Source: Pacificibacter sp.
GTDB taxonomy: Bacteria; Pseudomonadota; Alphaproteobacteria; Rhodobacterales; Rhodobacteraceae
Direction: 5' to 3'
Length of the DNA: 64,000 nt
Assembly: GCF_039769035.1 (NCBI RefSeq)
Contig: NZ_JBDMZG010000023.1
Location: 4,429 to 68,428 of the forward strand
Made by a program: the position numbers and the translations under genes
Notes under the pieces: generated by a model
Told to the model about the DNA's origin: nothing
The model's input: only the letters and a program-made list of their open reading frames with translations
Databases searched by the model: none
In this document: one piece after another, positions 41,034 to 51,099 of the stretch
Layout: the number at the start of each line of letters is the position of its first letter
How positions within the stretch are numbered: the first letter of the stretch is position 1

Positions 41034-42241
41034 AATTTGCCTCCGAAAATACGCGCGTGAAGTGGGTTGAAGCCAATCCGATAAGAGAGTTCGGCTGGGT
41101 GTTTGATGTCCCAAACGGCCATGTCAGCACGCATGCCAACAGCAAGTGTGCCCGTGTCCGTTAGGCCCAAAGCACGCGCTGCGTTTTGCGTCACGCCGCG
41201 CAGGGTTTCTTCGGGTGTCATACGAAACAGAGTGCACCCCATGTTGAGGGTGAGCAGCAGCGAATTTAGGGGGGACGATCCGGGGTTGATGTCTGTCGCG
41301 AGCGCCATCGGCACCTTGTGTTGGCGCAGCGCATCGATTGGCGGCGCTTGTGTTTCGCGCAAGGTGTAGAACGCACCGGGCAGGATGACAGCAACCGTGC
41401 CCGCATCCTTCATGGCGACGACGCCGTCCTCGTCCAGATATTCGATATGGTCGGCAGACATAGCGCCATAGCGTGCAGCCAGTTTTGCGCCGCCGAGGTT
41501 GGAGAGCTGTTCAGCATGCAGCTTGACCGGTAAGCCCAGCTCCTGAGCCACATCAAACACGCGCGCGATTTGTTCAGGCTGAAAAGCGATGCCTTCGCAA
41601 AACCCGTCCACAGCGTCGACCAAGCCTTCGGCATGGGCTGCGCGTAGGGCAGGGATGCAGACATTATCGATGTACGCATCATCTCGACCGGCATATTCAG
41701 CTGGTGTTGCATGCGCGCCAAGGAAGGTCGTTTTCACACGTAAGGGGCGGTGTTTCGGGATCGCGCGGGCGACACGCAGCATGCGCAGCTCGGTCTCCAG
41801 ATCCAAGCCATAACCAGATTTCACTTCAATACATGTGACGCCTTCTGCAATCAAAACATCCACTCGGCGCAAGGCATCGCGAAGCAGGTCTTCTTCGGTT
41901 GCAGCGCGTGTGGCATTGACCGTCGATACAATCCCGCCGCCTGCGCGTGCGACCTCTTCATAGCTGGCGCCACTCAGTCGCATCTCGAACTCTGCTGCGC
42001 GGTCGCCGCCATGTACAATATGCGTATGGCAATCGATCAGCCCAGGGGTGACGAGGCGACCACCAAGGTTGGTTTCAGGCAGAGCTTTATACTGTTCAGG
42101 GATCTTGGACTGAGGTCCGATCCAATCGATAACCCCGTCCACGACTGGCACTGCTGCATCTTCGATCAGTCCGTATGGCGCGTCTGTTTCACCCATTGTC
42201 ACAAGATTCAGGTGGGAGAAGAGTCTGTTGTCTTTCGGCAT
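41030..42241 (-). CDS. hutI: Imidazolonepropionase
   Basis: [41 protein letters not shown] and [10 protein letters not shown]. Confidence 0.96.
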   Translation of the reverse strand: MPKDNRLFSHLNLVTMGETDAPYGLIEDAAVPVVDGVIDWIGPQSKIPEQYKALPETNLGGRLVTPGLIDCHTHIVHGGDRAAEFEMRLSGASYEEVARAGGGIVSTVNATRAATEEDLLRDALRRVDVLIAEGVTCIEVKSGYGLDLETELRMLRVARAIPKHRPLRVKTTFLGAHATPAEYAGRDDAYIDNVCIPALRAAHAEGLVDAVDGFCEGIAFQPEQIARVFDVAQELGLPVKLHAEQLSNLGGAKLAARYGAMSADHIEYLDEDGVVAMKDAGTVAVILPGAFYTLRETQAPPIDALRQHKVPMALATDINPGSSPLNSLLLTLNMGCTLFRMTPEETLRGVTQNAARALGLTDTGTLAVGMRADMAVWDIKHPAELSYRIGFNPLHARIFGGKL

Positions 42242-42268
42242 TATCAATCCGGTTTGGCTAAGAATATA

Positions 42269-42312
42269 CATTTAAGGTATGCAAAGATATGCTTTATGTC
42301 TATACATAAAGC
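42269..42312. promoter_or_regulatory. HutC operator box 1 within a duplicated 40-bp promoter block
   Basis: GCTTTATGT-CTAT-ACATAAAGC palindrome with core TATGTCTATACATA upstream of hutI. Confidence 0.8.
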
Positions 42313-42445
42313 GGGCTCCGAGTTGATTTTCTTAGACAGTCGACACTCTCTTGTCAGCCTCGGGAAATCTGCTCAGCCATAACTTTCAACTGCCACTCGA
42401 GTATCGAGCTGCTCTCGTACTTAAAAATATTCAGGTTCAATCAAG

Positions 42446-43420
42446 ATGAATTACCGCCAAGCCGTGCTCTTCATGCCAGGGGTGCTTATTTGTTCAATCG
42501 TCGCGGCCGCCTCGCGATTTTTATCAGATCACTACAGTGCTCCCACGATGTTATTTGCGCTGCTCATTGGGTTGAGTCTGCATTTCTTGGTGGATGACCA
42601 GAAAGTGGCGCCGGGGATAAGGTTCGCGGCGGCGGATTTGTTGAAATTGGGGGTGGCATTGTTGGGGTTGCGAATCACGTTGGCTGATATTGGCGATTTA
42701 GGTGTGCAAACGATTGGTCTCGTTATTGGCGGCGTAATCTTTTCCATCTCTATCGGGATTGCGATCACGTTATTGCTTGGAAAAAATATCAGGTTCGGCG
42801 TTTTGTCTGGCGGAGCTGTTGGTATCTGCGGGGCGTCTGCGGCCTTGGCCATTTCAGCAGTGTTGCCCACGTCTGACACCAGAGAACGCGATACCGCTTT
42901 TATCGTAGTTGCCGTCACAACACTCTCTACAGTAGCAATGGTTCTCTACCCGATTTTGGGAAAACGTTTGGGATTAGACGACCAGCACATTGGGATCCTT
43001 TTAGGGCTAACAATTCACGATGTGGCGCAGGTTGTCGGTGCCGGGTTTTCGGTTTCAGAAGAAACGGGCAACATCGCAACCCTCATTAAGCTGTTTCGTG
43101 TCTCCATGCTTGTCCCAGTCATAATTGTGATCTCATTCGCGTTCCGCAAGCAAAACGCGCAATGCAATCGCAGCGGTGTTCCCTGGTTCGTTCATGGCTT
43201 CGCAATCGCTATTGTGATCAACAGTCTAGGTGTTCTTCCTGAGACGATCAGGGTGTTGCTAGCGGCGGTTTCATCATGGATGTTAGTGATTGGGATTGTT
43301 GGGATCGGGATAAAAACCTCCCTAAAAAGCTTGGGCCATGTCGGGGGTGCAGCGCTGGTTATTGTCTGCCTGGAAACCCTCCTGCTTTTTGCGGTGGCGG
43401 CTGTAATCCTTGTGCTGTGA
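42446..43420 (+). CDS. YeiH / putative sulfate exporter (TauZ/SuyZ-like) membrane protein
   Basis: LKLGVALLGLRI, GAVGICGASAALA, GLTIHDVAQVVGAG, IKLFRVSML and GIGIKTSL. Confidence 0.88.
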   Translation: MNYRQAVLFMPGVLICSIVAAASRFLSDHYSAPTMLFALLIGLSLHFLVDDQKVAPGIRFAAADLLKLGVALLGLRITLADIGDLGVQTIGLVIGGVIFSISIGIAITLLLGKNIRFGVLSGGAVGICGASAALAISAVLPTSDTRERDTAFIVVAVTTLSTVAMVLYPILGKRLGLDDQHIGILLGLTIHDVAQVVGAGFSVSEETGNIATLIKLFRVSMLVPVIIVISFAFRKQNAQCNRSGVPWFVHGFAIAIVINSLGVLPETIRVLLAAVSSWMLVIGIVGIGIKTSLKSLGHVGGAALVIVCLETLLLFAVAAVILVL

Positions 43421-43626
43421 CAGTTCAATGCAACTGTCATCGTATCGCTAAGCGATCTAGAGGCTTCTAAAATTTATCTTACGCAGGCCATGCATACTTG
43501 GAGTTTTAGGACTTAGGTCACCGCATCTTCCGTGATTTCACGGAAGGCCGTGGATGTCATTTTGCGGCGCTCAAAACGGCAAAGAAACAAGAACAGGTTG
43601 ACGGTTCAATATAACGGAGAAAACCG

Positions 43627-44211
43627 ATGCAAATTCTGAAATCAAATGCCTTGATTGATGTGCCATGGAAAAACGGCGGCGGGATCACGCGCAACATCGC
43701 GAAAGGTTTGCGTGAGGGCAAGATTGCTTGGACCATTAGCCGCGCTGATGTCGCCGAGGCTGGCCCTTTTTCTGATTTTGCAGGCATGATACGTGTGCTG
43801 ACTGTAGTGTCTGGCGGGACGATGGTTTTGGACACACCCAAAACGTCCCTCACGGCGGTGCTTTTTTCGCCAGTTCGCTTTGATGGGGCGCTGAAGGTGT
43901 TTTCGCGTTTGGAAGATGGCCCGATTACTGATCTGAATCTTATGTTTGATCCGAGCTTTTGTGACGGGGATGTCGTGGTCCACAAAGGCCCGTGCGATCT
44001 CAAAGCCACGTGTCCGGAGCACGGAGTGTTGGCGTTTCATGGGCTTGCCGGAGGCCCCTGCGTCGACGGAACGGCAATCAGCTCCGCGGATACGGCGTTT
44101 GTCACACAGCCCAACGCGATGCTTCAGTTGAAAGAAGGAGAGGCATTGCTTGAGCTACGCTTAAGCTATCTGGATCAAGACAATGCCATCAAGCTGTGCA
44201 TTGCAGATTGA
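43627..44211 (+). CDS. hutD: HutD-family protein
   Basis: PWKNGGGITRNI, ISRADV..GPFSDFAG..R and TDLNLM. Confidence 0.9.
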   Translation: MQILKSNALIDVPWKNGGGITRNIAKGLREGKIAWTISRADVAEAGPFSDFAGMIRVLTVVSGGTMVLDTPKTSLTAVLFSPVRFDGALKVFSRLEDGPITDLNLMFDPSFCDGDVVVHKGPCDLKATCPEHGVLAFHGLAGGPCVDGTAISSADTAFVTQPNAMLQLKEGEALLELRLSYLDQDNAIKLCIAD

Positions 44212-44353
44212 TCGGCTAAGCGAACCTGACCGCGGTTATCCTTGCAAGCAAATGGCTCGGCAAGGCTGCATCGCCCGCTCTTCTAGGCCTTCTGGCTATC
44301 AAAGAGTGGGGTGCGAAACTTGCAGGCCAAGTTTTGGTTTCTGCCGAAGGCCG

Positions 44354-46456
44354 CTAAGTTGGATCCGCTTCCGCTGCGGTTTTAATGACCGGCTCCATGG
44401 ACGCTAAGGCCTCGGGGCTTAGGTGACATTTGACTTGATGCCCATCCGCAAGGTTCTGCACGTCTGGAACTTGGGTCTCACAGAGATTGCCTGCCACCGA
44501 CGATTTCCAACGGCACCGCGTTTGGAACGGGCAACCAGAAGGTGGGTTCATGGCGGAAGGAATGTCGCCTTCAAGGACGATTTGTTGCTTCTGGATCGTG
44601 GTGTCCGCAATCGGAACCGCCGACAACAATGCTTCGGTGTAGGGGTGGTACGGAGGCGAGAACACCTGATCAGCTGTGCCAAGCTCCACGACGTGACCGA
44701 GATACATCACCAGCACTCGATCACTGAGGTAGCGCACAATGGAAAGATCGTGAGAGATAAACAGCAACGTGGTGCGGTTCTTACGTTGAATCTCCATCAG
44801 AAGATCTGTCACTGCGGCCTGCACAGACACATCAAGGGCAGACACAGGTTCATCCGCGACGACGATCTTGGCGTCGCCGGCAAACGCACGCGCGATCCCT
44901 ACGCGTTGCTTTTGACCGCCTGAGAGCTGCCGCGGGGTGCGTTCGGCGAAAGCGCGAGGCAGTTTGACCAAATCCAGAAGTTCAAGCATACGATTGCGGC
45001 GCTCTGCATCATTGCTGCCAATCTTGAAAATTTCCAACGCGCGGATGATCTGGCGCCCAATGGTCATGGAGGGATTGAGCGTGTCGAAGGGGTTTTGAAA
45101 AACCATTTGAACACTGGAAACGGCCGTTGTGCCACGTTCGGCAATCGGCGTGTCTTGGATCTCGGTGTCGAGCAGTTGGATCTTACCATCGGTGGCTGTT
45201 TCAAGGCCCAACAGCATTTTAGCGAGCGTGGACTTGCCGCAGCCAGACTCTCCAACAATGGCGAGGGTTTCTGCTTCGTGAGCACTGAAGCTGATGTCCT
45301 CGTTGGCCTTCACAACGGCGACATCGCTTTTGTTTTTGAACATCGAGCTTGAGGCGACTTCATAGTATTTTTGAAGGTTTTGCAGATCAAGGATCTTTGC
45401 ACCGCGATCGGTTTTCTCCGTTTGTCGCGCCACTTCTGGCTCGGCCAGCCAATCGATCTCTTCATAGCGGCGGCATCGTGTCTCGTGAAGGCCGTTGCCA
45501 TCGACGGATGCCATTTCAATAGCCCCTTGGTCGCATTGGCCTTTAACAGCGTAAGAACAGCGTGGACCAAAATTACACCCTATCGGGCGTTCGTGCGGCA
45601 AGGGAAAGTTGCCGGGAATTGCCATAAGCGGACGGCTGTTTTTGTCCGCACCGGGCAGGGGGATCGAGCGGAAGAGAGCTTGCGTGTAGGGATGGCGCAT
45701 TTTGTCAAAGACGTCTTTGATTGACCCGCGCTCAATCGCTTCGCCGGAGTACATCACGCAGATGCGGTCGCAGGTTTCCAGAACCAAACCAAGGTTGTGC
45801 GAGATAAACAGGATGGATGTCCCGTATTTCTTACCAAGGTCTTTCACCAATTCAATCACCGCTGCCTCAACCGTTACATCCAGCGCAGTGGTGGGCTCAT
45901 CTAGGATGAGCAACTTGGGCTTTGACATCAATGCCATGGCAATCACGATACGTTGTTGTTGCCCGCCTGAGAGCTGGTGAGGATAGCTGTTCAAAACGCG
46001 TTTTGGGTCTGGAAGTTTGACGTCTGTGACGACCTCCAAGGCACGCGCATAAGCGTCATTCGCGCACATGTTCTCGTGCAGCATGGGCACTTCCATCAAC
46101 TGCTTCCCGATTTTCATCGCAGGGTTTAGCGAGGCCATGGGCTCTTGGTAAATCATGGCGATTTCTTTGCCGCGGATGCGGCGCAGTTCTTCTGCGGGCA
46201 TTGTTGTCAGATCTTTGCCTTTGAACTTGATCGTTCCTCCAACAATTTCACCGTTCTTGCCAAGATCGCGCATGATCCCGAGCGCGACTGTAGATTTCCC
46301 GCAGCCAGATTCACCCACAAGGCCCAGTGCTTCGCCCGGCATGATTTTCGCGGAGAAGTCCATCACGGCGGGAATTTCCATTAAGCGCGTCATGAAGCTG
46401 ATCGACAGTTTGTCGATTTCCAAGATAGGGCCGGCATAGTCTGTTTGATCGGACAT
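44354..46456 (-). CDS. Peptide/opine/nickel ABC transporter, fused double ATPase
   Basis: Two GESGCGKST Walker A motifs, two LSGGQ motifs and two C-terminal GCxFxxRC oligo-HPY domains. Confidence 0.93.
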   Translation of the reverse strand: MSDQTDYAGPILEIDKLSISFMTRLMEIPAVMDFSAKIMPGEALGLVGESGCGKSTVALGIMRDLGKNGEIVGGTIKFKGKDLTTMPAEELRRIRGKEIAMIYQEPMASLNPAMKIGKQLMEVPMLHENMCANDAYARALEVVTDVKLPDPKRVLNSYPHQLSGGQQQRIVIAMALMSKPKLLILDEPTTALDVTVEAAVIELVKDLGKKYGTSILFISHNLGLVLETCDRICVMYSGEAIERGSIKDVFDKMRHPYTQALFRSIPLPGADKNSRPLMAIPGNFPLPHERPIGCNFGPRCSYAVKGQCDQGAIEMASVDGNGLHETRCRRYEEIDWLAEPEVARQTEKTDRGAKILDLQNLQKYYEVASSSMFKNKSDVAVVKANEDISFSAHEAETLAIVGESGCGKSTLAKMLLGLETATDGKIQLLDTEIQDTPIAERGTTAVSSVQMVFQNPFDTLNPSMTIGRQIIRALEIFKIGSNDAERRNRMLELLDLVKLPRAFAERTPRQLSGGQKQRVGIARAFAGDAKIVVADEPVSALDVSVQAAVTDLLMEIQRKNRTTLLFISHDLSIVRYLSDRVLVMYLGHVVELGTADQVFSPPYHPYTEALLSAVPIADTTIQKQQIVLEGDIPSAMNPPSGCPFQTRCRWKSSVAGNLCETQVPDVQNLADGHQVKCHLSPEALASMEPVIKTAAEADPT

Positions 46457-46508
46457 ATTTTCTTCTTTCGTTCGCTGGATCTGGCGGTTTGACACCGCCG
46501 GATGTGAC

Positions 46509-47699
46509 TTAGTCGCGCAGGCTTTCTTCGCGCAGACCGTCGGCAAGAAGGTTGAGGCCAAGCACGAGGCTCAAAAGAGCGATGGCTGGCGGTAGGGCGG
46601 GATGAAGGTAGATTGACAAGAGTTTGCGGCCCTCATTGATCGTTGAGCCCCAATCCGGACTCTCGGGCGGAAGGCCCAAACCGAAGAAGCCAAGTGTCCC
46701 CAGAAGGATGGTCGTGTAGCCAATGCGCAGGCAGAAATCCACGATGAGCGGGCCGCGCACGTTGGGCAAAATTTCCCACAACATGATGTACCAATGCGAT
46801 TCACCGCGTGTTTGCGCCGCGGCAACGTAGTCGCGGGTTTTAACATCGAGGGTAAGCCCCCGCACGATCCGAAAGACGGTTGGCGCATTTACGAAAACCA
46901 CGGCAACAAAAACAACAAGAATGCCGCCAGGAACGTCGAAGCCGTCTAGCAAAGCTGGCACGAGATCTATGGCTCCGCCTTTTTCGGAAATCAAAGACAG
47001 GTAAATCCAGCCCATGCTCCCGAGCACCACGATCAAAAGCGGAGTGCGCACGCTGGGCCGAGTGTGAAAGCGCGAGTTCAGCAAAACGCCCACAAAAATC
47101 AGCGGGAATATGAAGAGGACGGCTGCCATATAATTGGGAATGCCAGATTCTACGATCTCTGGTGTGACCAAGAGGTAGAACAGGAGAATAACAGGAAAGG
47201 CTAAGATCAGGTTGGCTGCAAAAGAGAGGGCTGTGTCCAAATACCCGCCAAAATAGCCCGCAGGCAATCCCAGTGTGATGCCAACCATAAAGGCAAAAAG
47301 AGTTGAGAGAGGTGCGATTTGCACGACAACGAAAGCGCCTTTGACCATTCGGCTGAACACATCACGCGCCAAGTTGTCACCACCAAGAAGATAGTAGCCA
47401 GAATATTTGCTCGAGTCTGGCACCGGTGTTCCCGGAGCTTTGTTTTTGAGGCCCGAAATTTGGGTCAGTGGATCATGCGTGATGATCATATCCATCGCGC
47501 CAAACAGGCCGGTGAAGATCCAAAACATAACGAGGAAAAATCCTACCATGCCAACCTTGCTGTCAAAGAGCTTACCGTAGAGGCCAAGCTTGCGTTTGTA
47601 GGTGATGGACAGCACAAACACAGCGGCCAAAGCAATCCAAACCGGCATAAACTGCAATAAGATGCGCACGATGATTGCGCCCCAGCTCAGAGTTTCCAT
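46509..47699 (-). CDS. Peptide/opine ABC permease (DppC-like)
   Basis: LGGDNLARDVFSR, DYVAAAQTRGE, ILPNVRGP and LGFFGLG..PDWG. Confidence 0.9.
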   Translation of the reverse strand: METLSWGAIIVRILLQFMPVWIALAAVFVLSITYKRKLGLYGKLFDSKVGMVGFFLVMFWIFTGLFGAMDMIITHDPLTQISGLKNKAPGTPVPDSSKYSGYYLLGGDNLARDVFSRMVKGAFVVVQIAPLSTLFAFMVGITLGLPAGYFGGYLDTALSFAANLILAFPVILLFYLLVTPEIVESGIPNYMAAVLFIFPLIFVGVLLNSRFHTRPSVRTPLLIVVLGSMGWIYLSLISEKGGAIDLVPALLDGFDVPGGILVVFVAVVFVNAPTVFRIVRGLTLDVKTRDYVAAAQTRGESHWYIMLWEILPNVRGPLIVDFCLRIGYTTILLGTLGFFGLGLPPESPDWGSTINEGRKLLSIYLHPALPPAIALLSLVLGLNLLADGLREESLRD

Positions 47700-47713
47700 G
47701 AGTCAATTCCCTC

Positions 47714-48760
47714 TTAGGATACGCGAATGCGCGGGTTGAGATAGACATATCCAATGTCGCTGATGAGCTGCGTAAGCAGGACAACCACAACGGATACCAC
47801 GGACACTCCCAGCAGAAGCGAGATGTCATTATTGCCAGCGGCTTGCACCAGTGCCCAGCCAAAACCTTTGTAGTTGAACAGGGTCTCGACGATGACCACG
47901 CCGTTCAACAGCCATGGGATTTGCAGCATAATAACGGTGAAAGGGGCGATCAGAGCGTTTCGCAGCGCATGGCGAATAACAATGTCGCGGAACTTCACGC
48001 CCTTGAGACGCGCCGTGCGGATATATTGCGCGGTCATGACCTCAGCCATCGAAGCGCGCGTCATCCGTGCGATATAGCCCATGCCATACAACGCGATTGT
48101 GACAACTGGTAAAAAGAAATTCCGGAAAGTCGCGTCGTCCATTGCTTTCGTGGCGGTGCCAGTGAACCATTTCAATCCAACGGCCGACGAGGCGAAGACA
48201 GCAATGAGAATGACGCCTGACACGTATTCAGGTGTGGCCGTTGTGGTGATGGCGATCGAGGACAACGTGCGATCGGTTTTTGAGCCCTCTTTCATACCAG
48301 CAATGACACCAAGGATCAGCGCAGATGGGATCATCACCACAAGCACCCAGAACATCAATTTGCCTGTGAGAGCGAGGCGGGTGCCGATGATGGTGCTGAC
48401 GTCATCGCGGAAAACCGTAGACGTCCCCCAATCCCCCTGCAAAACACCGCAGTACTTTGGGGCATTTGCGGGATCGATACTACGTTTGATACAGGTCCCT
48501 GTTACGTCACCAGCTTCATCCGAAATTGTGAAGCCGGGAACGACGCCGAGCCATTCGCCGTATTTCGTGAGCATCGGGCGATCATAACCACGCTTGTGCA
48601 GCCATGATGTCACCTCAGCGTCAGCCATGCGGCTGTTGCCTTGCGTTTTAGCGAGTTTTTCAAGGTTGGGCGGCAGGTTTGTCAGCGCAAAGACTATGAA
48701 GGTGAGGCAAAGTGCTGTCAAAATCATAAACGCAAGGCGTCGCAGTAAAAAGAGTACCAT
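47714..48760 (-). CDS. Peptide/opine ABC permease (DppB-like)
   Basis: GDWGTS, ARMTRASMAEV..YIRTARLKG, HALRNAL and VETLFNYKGFG. Confidence 0.9.
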   Translation of the reverse strand: MVLFLLRRLAFMILTALCLTFIVFALTNLPPNLEKLAKTQGNSRMADAEVTSWLHKRGYDRPMLTKYGEWLGVVPGFTISDEAGDVTGTCIKRSIDPANAPKYCGVLQGDWGTSTVFRDDVSTIIGTRLALTGKLMFWVLVVMIPSALILGVIAGMKEGSKTDRTLSSIAITTTATPEYVSGVILIAVFASSAVGLKWFTGTATKAMDDATFRNFFLPVVTIALYGMGYIARMTRASMAEVMTAQYIRTARLKGVKFRDIVIRHALRNALIAPFTVIMLQIPWLLNGVVIVETLFNYKGFGWALVQAAGNNDISLLLGVSVVSVVVVLLTQLISDIGYVYLNPRIRVS

Positions 48761-48848
48761 TTTTGTCCTCAGTTGGCTGGCCACTACAGGCGGCAAAAGG
48801 CTTGGCGCTGAATGTGGCACGCCTCACGCGGATCGGATGTAGGTGGAA

Positions 48849-48874
48849 AAGCAGCTGACCTAAGTCAGCTGCTT
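48849..48874 (-). terminator. Stem-loop after the SBP gene
   Basis: AAGCAGCTGAC-CTAA-GTCAGCTGCTT perfect 11-bp stem. Confidence 0.65.
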
Positions 48875-48884
48875 GTATTTTGAA

Positions 48885-50531
48885 TTAGGCCTCAAACGAG
48901 ATTTCGCTGGGTCTAATTTCATGTGTTGGGTGCATGTCAGCGTTCACCACATTTTGCGCAGAGTGACGGTAGAGCAAGCGCCAGTACGGCTGAATTGTCA
49001 CGGCTTCATCTTGCATAATCCGTTGCAATTTTTCCATCAATTCACGGCGCGTGTCCGCATCCGCAATGGAGAGAGCTTGGTCCAGCGTTTCGTCAAACTC
49101 TTTGTTTGCGAAGCCCGTTTCGTTCCAAGCAACTCCAGAACGATACGCTAGATTGTACACTTCTACCCCCAAGGGTCGGTGGCCCCATGTTGTGGTTGAG
49201 AATGGGTACTTGGTCCAATCATTCCAGAACGTGGACCCTGGCAAAAGCTTGCGTGAAACGTTGAGGCCTGCATCTCGCAACTGGCCTGCCACTGCATCAG
49301 CGGTGTCTTTGGAGAAGCCGCCGTCTGTTGAAACCAGTTCGAATTCCACATCGGCCAAACCAGATTCTTGTGCGAGCGCCAAGGCCGCGTCCGGGTCGTA
49401 GCTCAGTGGTGGGAGCTCTGCATAATCGGGGTGAATGGGGCTGACATGATGGTTTTCGGCAGCAATACCGCGGTCTGCGTAGCCCAGCTCCAGTGTGACA
49501 GCATTGCTGCTCGCCATCTGCAAAGCCTTGCGCGCGCGCACATCTTCGAAAATCTTTTTGCCATCGACTTCGGCGAGTTGGTTGGGGCGCACAACAATCG
49601 TACTGGCAGTGGTTGCCGATGTCTGCTTCCAACCAAGGCTGTCCATGATGTCGACAAATTCGCCGGTGGTTTCATACACCAGATCGATTTCTTCGCTTTC
49701 AACAGCTGCAAGAAGAGATGCGGGCTCTGTGCCGTAATCGATGTACTCGACACCGTCCAGTGACACTTCACCGCCCCACCACGTGTGGTTTTCCGCTTTC
49801 ACGATGACGGCCTTCACACCAATTTCGATGCTTTCCAAACGGAAGGGGCCCGTGCCTATTGGATTTACTGTCGGATCACCTTCGTGGGATGAATGCGTCA
49901 CCGCAGCTGGGTAGTCAGCAAAGGACGCAATGATCGAAATGTCAGGCTTTGAGAGGGAGAGTTTAACAGTGTGTTCATCAACAATCTCGATCGCATCGGC
50001 ACGTATCACGCCAGATTCCGCATCGGTGAGGGATGACATCCGCGCTGCCATTGAGTTGCCTTCGACCGAACTGTCTGCCCACATAGAGATATTGCGTACG
50101 ACATCCTGCGCTGTAAAAGCATCTCCGTTATGCCATGTGACGCCTTTGCGAACATGCAATGTGTATTCAGTTGCATCCGCGTTGGCTTCCCACGCTTCAA
50201 GCAGCATAGGGCTGAAGCTGCCGTCACGTTCGTAGCTTACAAGGTATTCCAACCAACCGCGTGTCAGGTTGCCCAGCTCTGGCCAGTCAAACGTGCGCGG
50301 GTCTTTTGGTGATTTGATTGGCATGCCGACACGCAGTGTGCCACTAGATGCATCTGACGCAGCTTGAGCTGGTTGAACGAGCCCCATAGCGCCATAGGCA
50401 ACCGAGGCAGTGACACCCAGCGCAGTCGCACGACTTAGAAATTCGCGGCGGCTGAGCTTGCCTGCGGTGTGTTCTTGTAGATACATATGCGCTGCATTGG
50501 GCAGCTCTGGCTTTGCTGTTTTCTGTGTCAC
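48885..50531 (-). CDS. Tat-exported family-5 solute-binding protein
   Basis: GTG start behind GGAGA; SRREFL twin-arginine motif and AQA cleavage site; [24 protein letters not shown] and GTGPF. Confidence 0.9.
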   Translation of the reverse strand: MTQKTAKPELPNAAHMYLQEHTAGKLSRREFLSRATALGVTASVAYGAMGLVQPAQAASDASSGTLRVGMPIKSPKDPRTFDWPELGNLTRGWLEYLVSYERDGSFSPMLLEAWEANADATEYTLHVRKGVTWHNGDAFTAQDVVRNISMWADSSVEGNSMAARMSSLTDAESGVIRADAIEIVDEHTVKLSLSKPDISIIASFADYPAAVTHSSHEGDPTVNPIGTGPFRLESIEIGVKAVIVKAENHTWWGGEVSLDGVEYIDYGTEPASLLAAVESEEIDLVYETTGEFVDIMDSLGWKQTSATTASTIVVRPNQLAEVDGKKIFEDVRARKALQMASSNAVTLELGYADRGIAAENHHVSPIHPDYAELPPLSYDPDAALALAQESGLADVEFELVSTDGGFSKDTADAVAGQLRDAGLNVSRKLLPGSTFWNDWTKYPFSTTTWGHRPLGVEVYNLAYRSGVAWNETGFANKEFDETLDQALSIADADTRRELMEKLQRIMQDEAVTIQPYWRLLYRHSAQNVVNADMHPTHEIRPSEISFEA

Positions 50532-50811
50532 GTTACGTTCTCCATGTTGTGGTTCTTCTGCTTCAGGTTTTCCTGTTAAGCGGCGTTTTGCTATGAAACT
50601 TTGGATGTCTGCGCGCCTGGGCGTGATCGCTACAGTCGTTGACTGTGATTGCTCTCGGAACGGCAATTCGGTGTAAGCCGTCACGCAGTCCCTTAGCGGC
50701 GCTCAATGAGGCATCAAGCGCTGTGAAAAAAACGATATAGATCGAGCATTGGCCGAAGAAAAACGGCGCTTTCATCTCACTGGGTTGCGTTGTCATGGCG
50801 CATCATCATTC

Positions 50812-50831
50812 CATTATGTCTGCACATAATG
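50812..50831. promoter_or_regulatory. HutC operator box 2, in the SBP / lyase-1 divergent region
   Basis: CATTATGT-CTGC-ACATAATG; core TATGTCTGCACATA is 12/14 identical to boxes 1 and 3. Confidence 0.7.
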
Positions 50832-51099
50832 AGACTTAAGCAATTAACGACCTGTCAATAAATGGTTGAAAGCACACAGAACGGAAAATCTTGATTTAAT
50901 TCACAACAAGTCAAGTTAACCATTTGAAATATAAGTATTAATAATATTGCGAATGCGGAGGGTATGCTCATTTTTTGAGCTGATTTTGAGAGTTGTCACG
51001 CAAAAACGCAATTTTGCTCGCATTTAGCACATGTTGAACCCCGCATTTCCCACATAAGAATTGCTGAGTTTTATACTTCTCAGGATGACCGGAGCGACG

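Noticed and set aside
43527-43546. CTTCCGTGA-TT-TCACGGAAG palindrome upstream of hutD
   Set aside because: Single copy with no U-tract and no match to the other operators; function cannot be assigned
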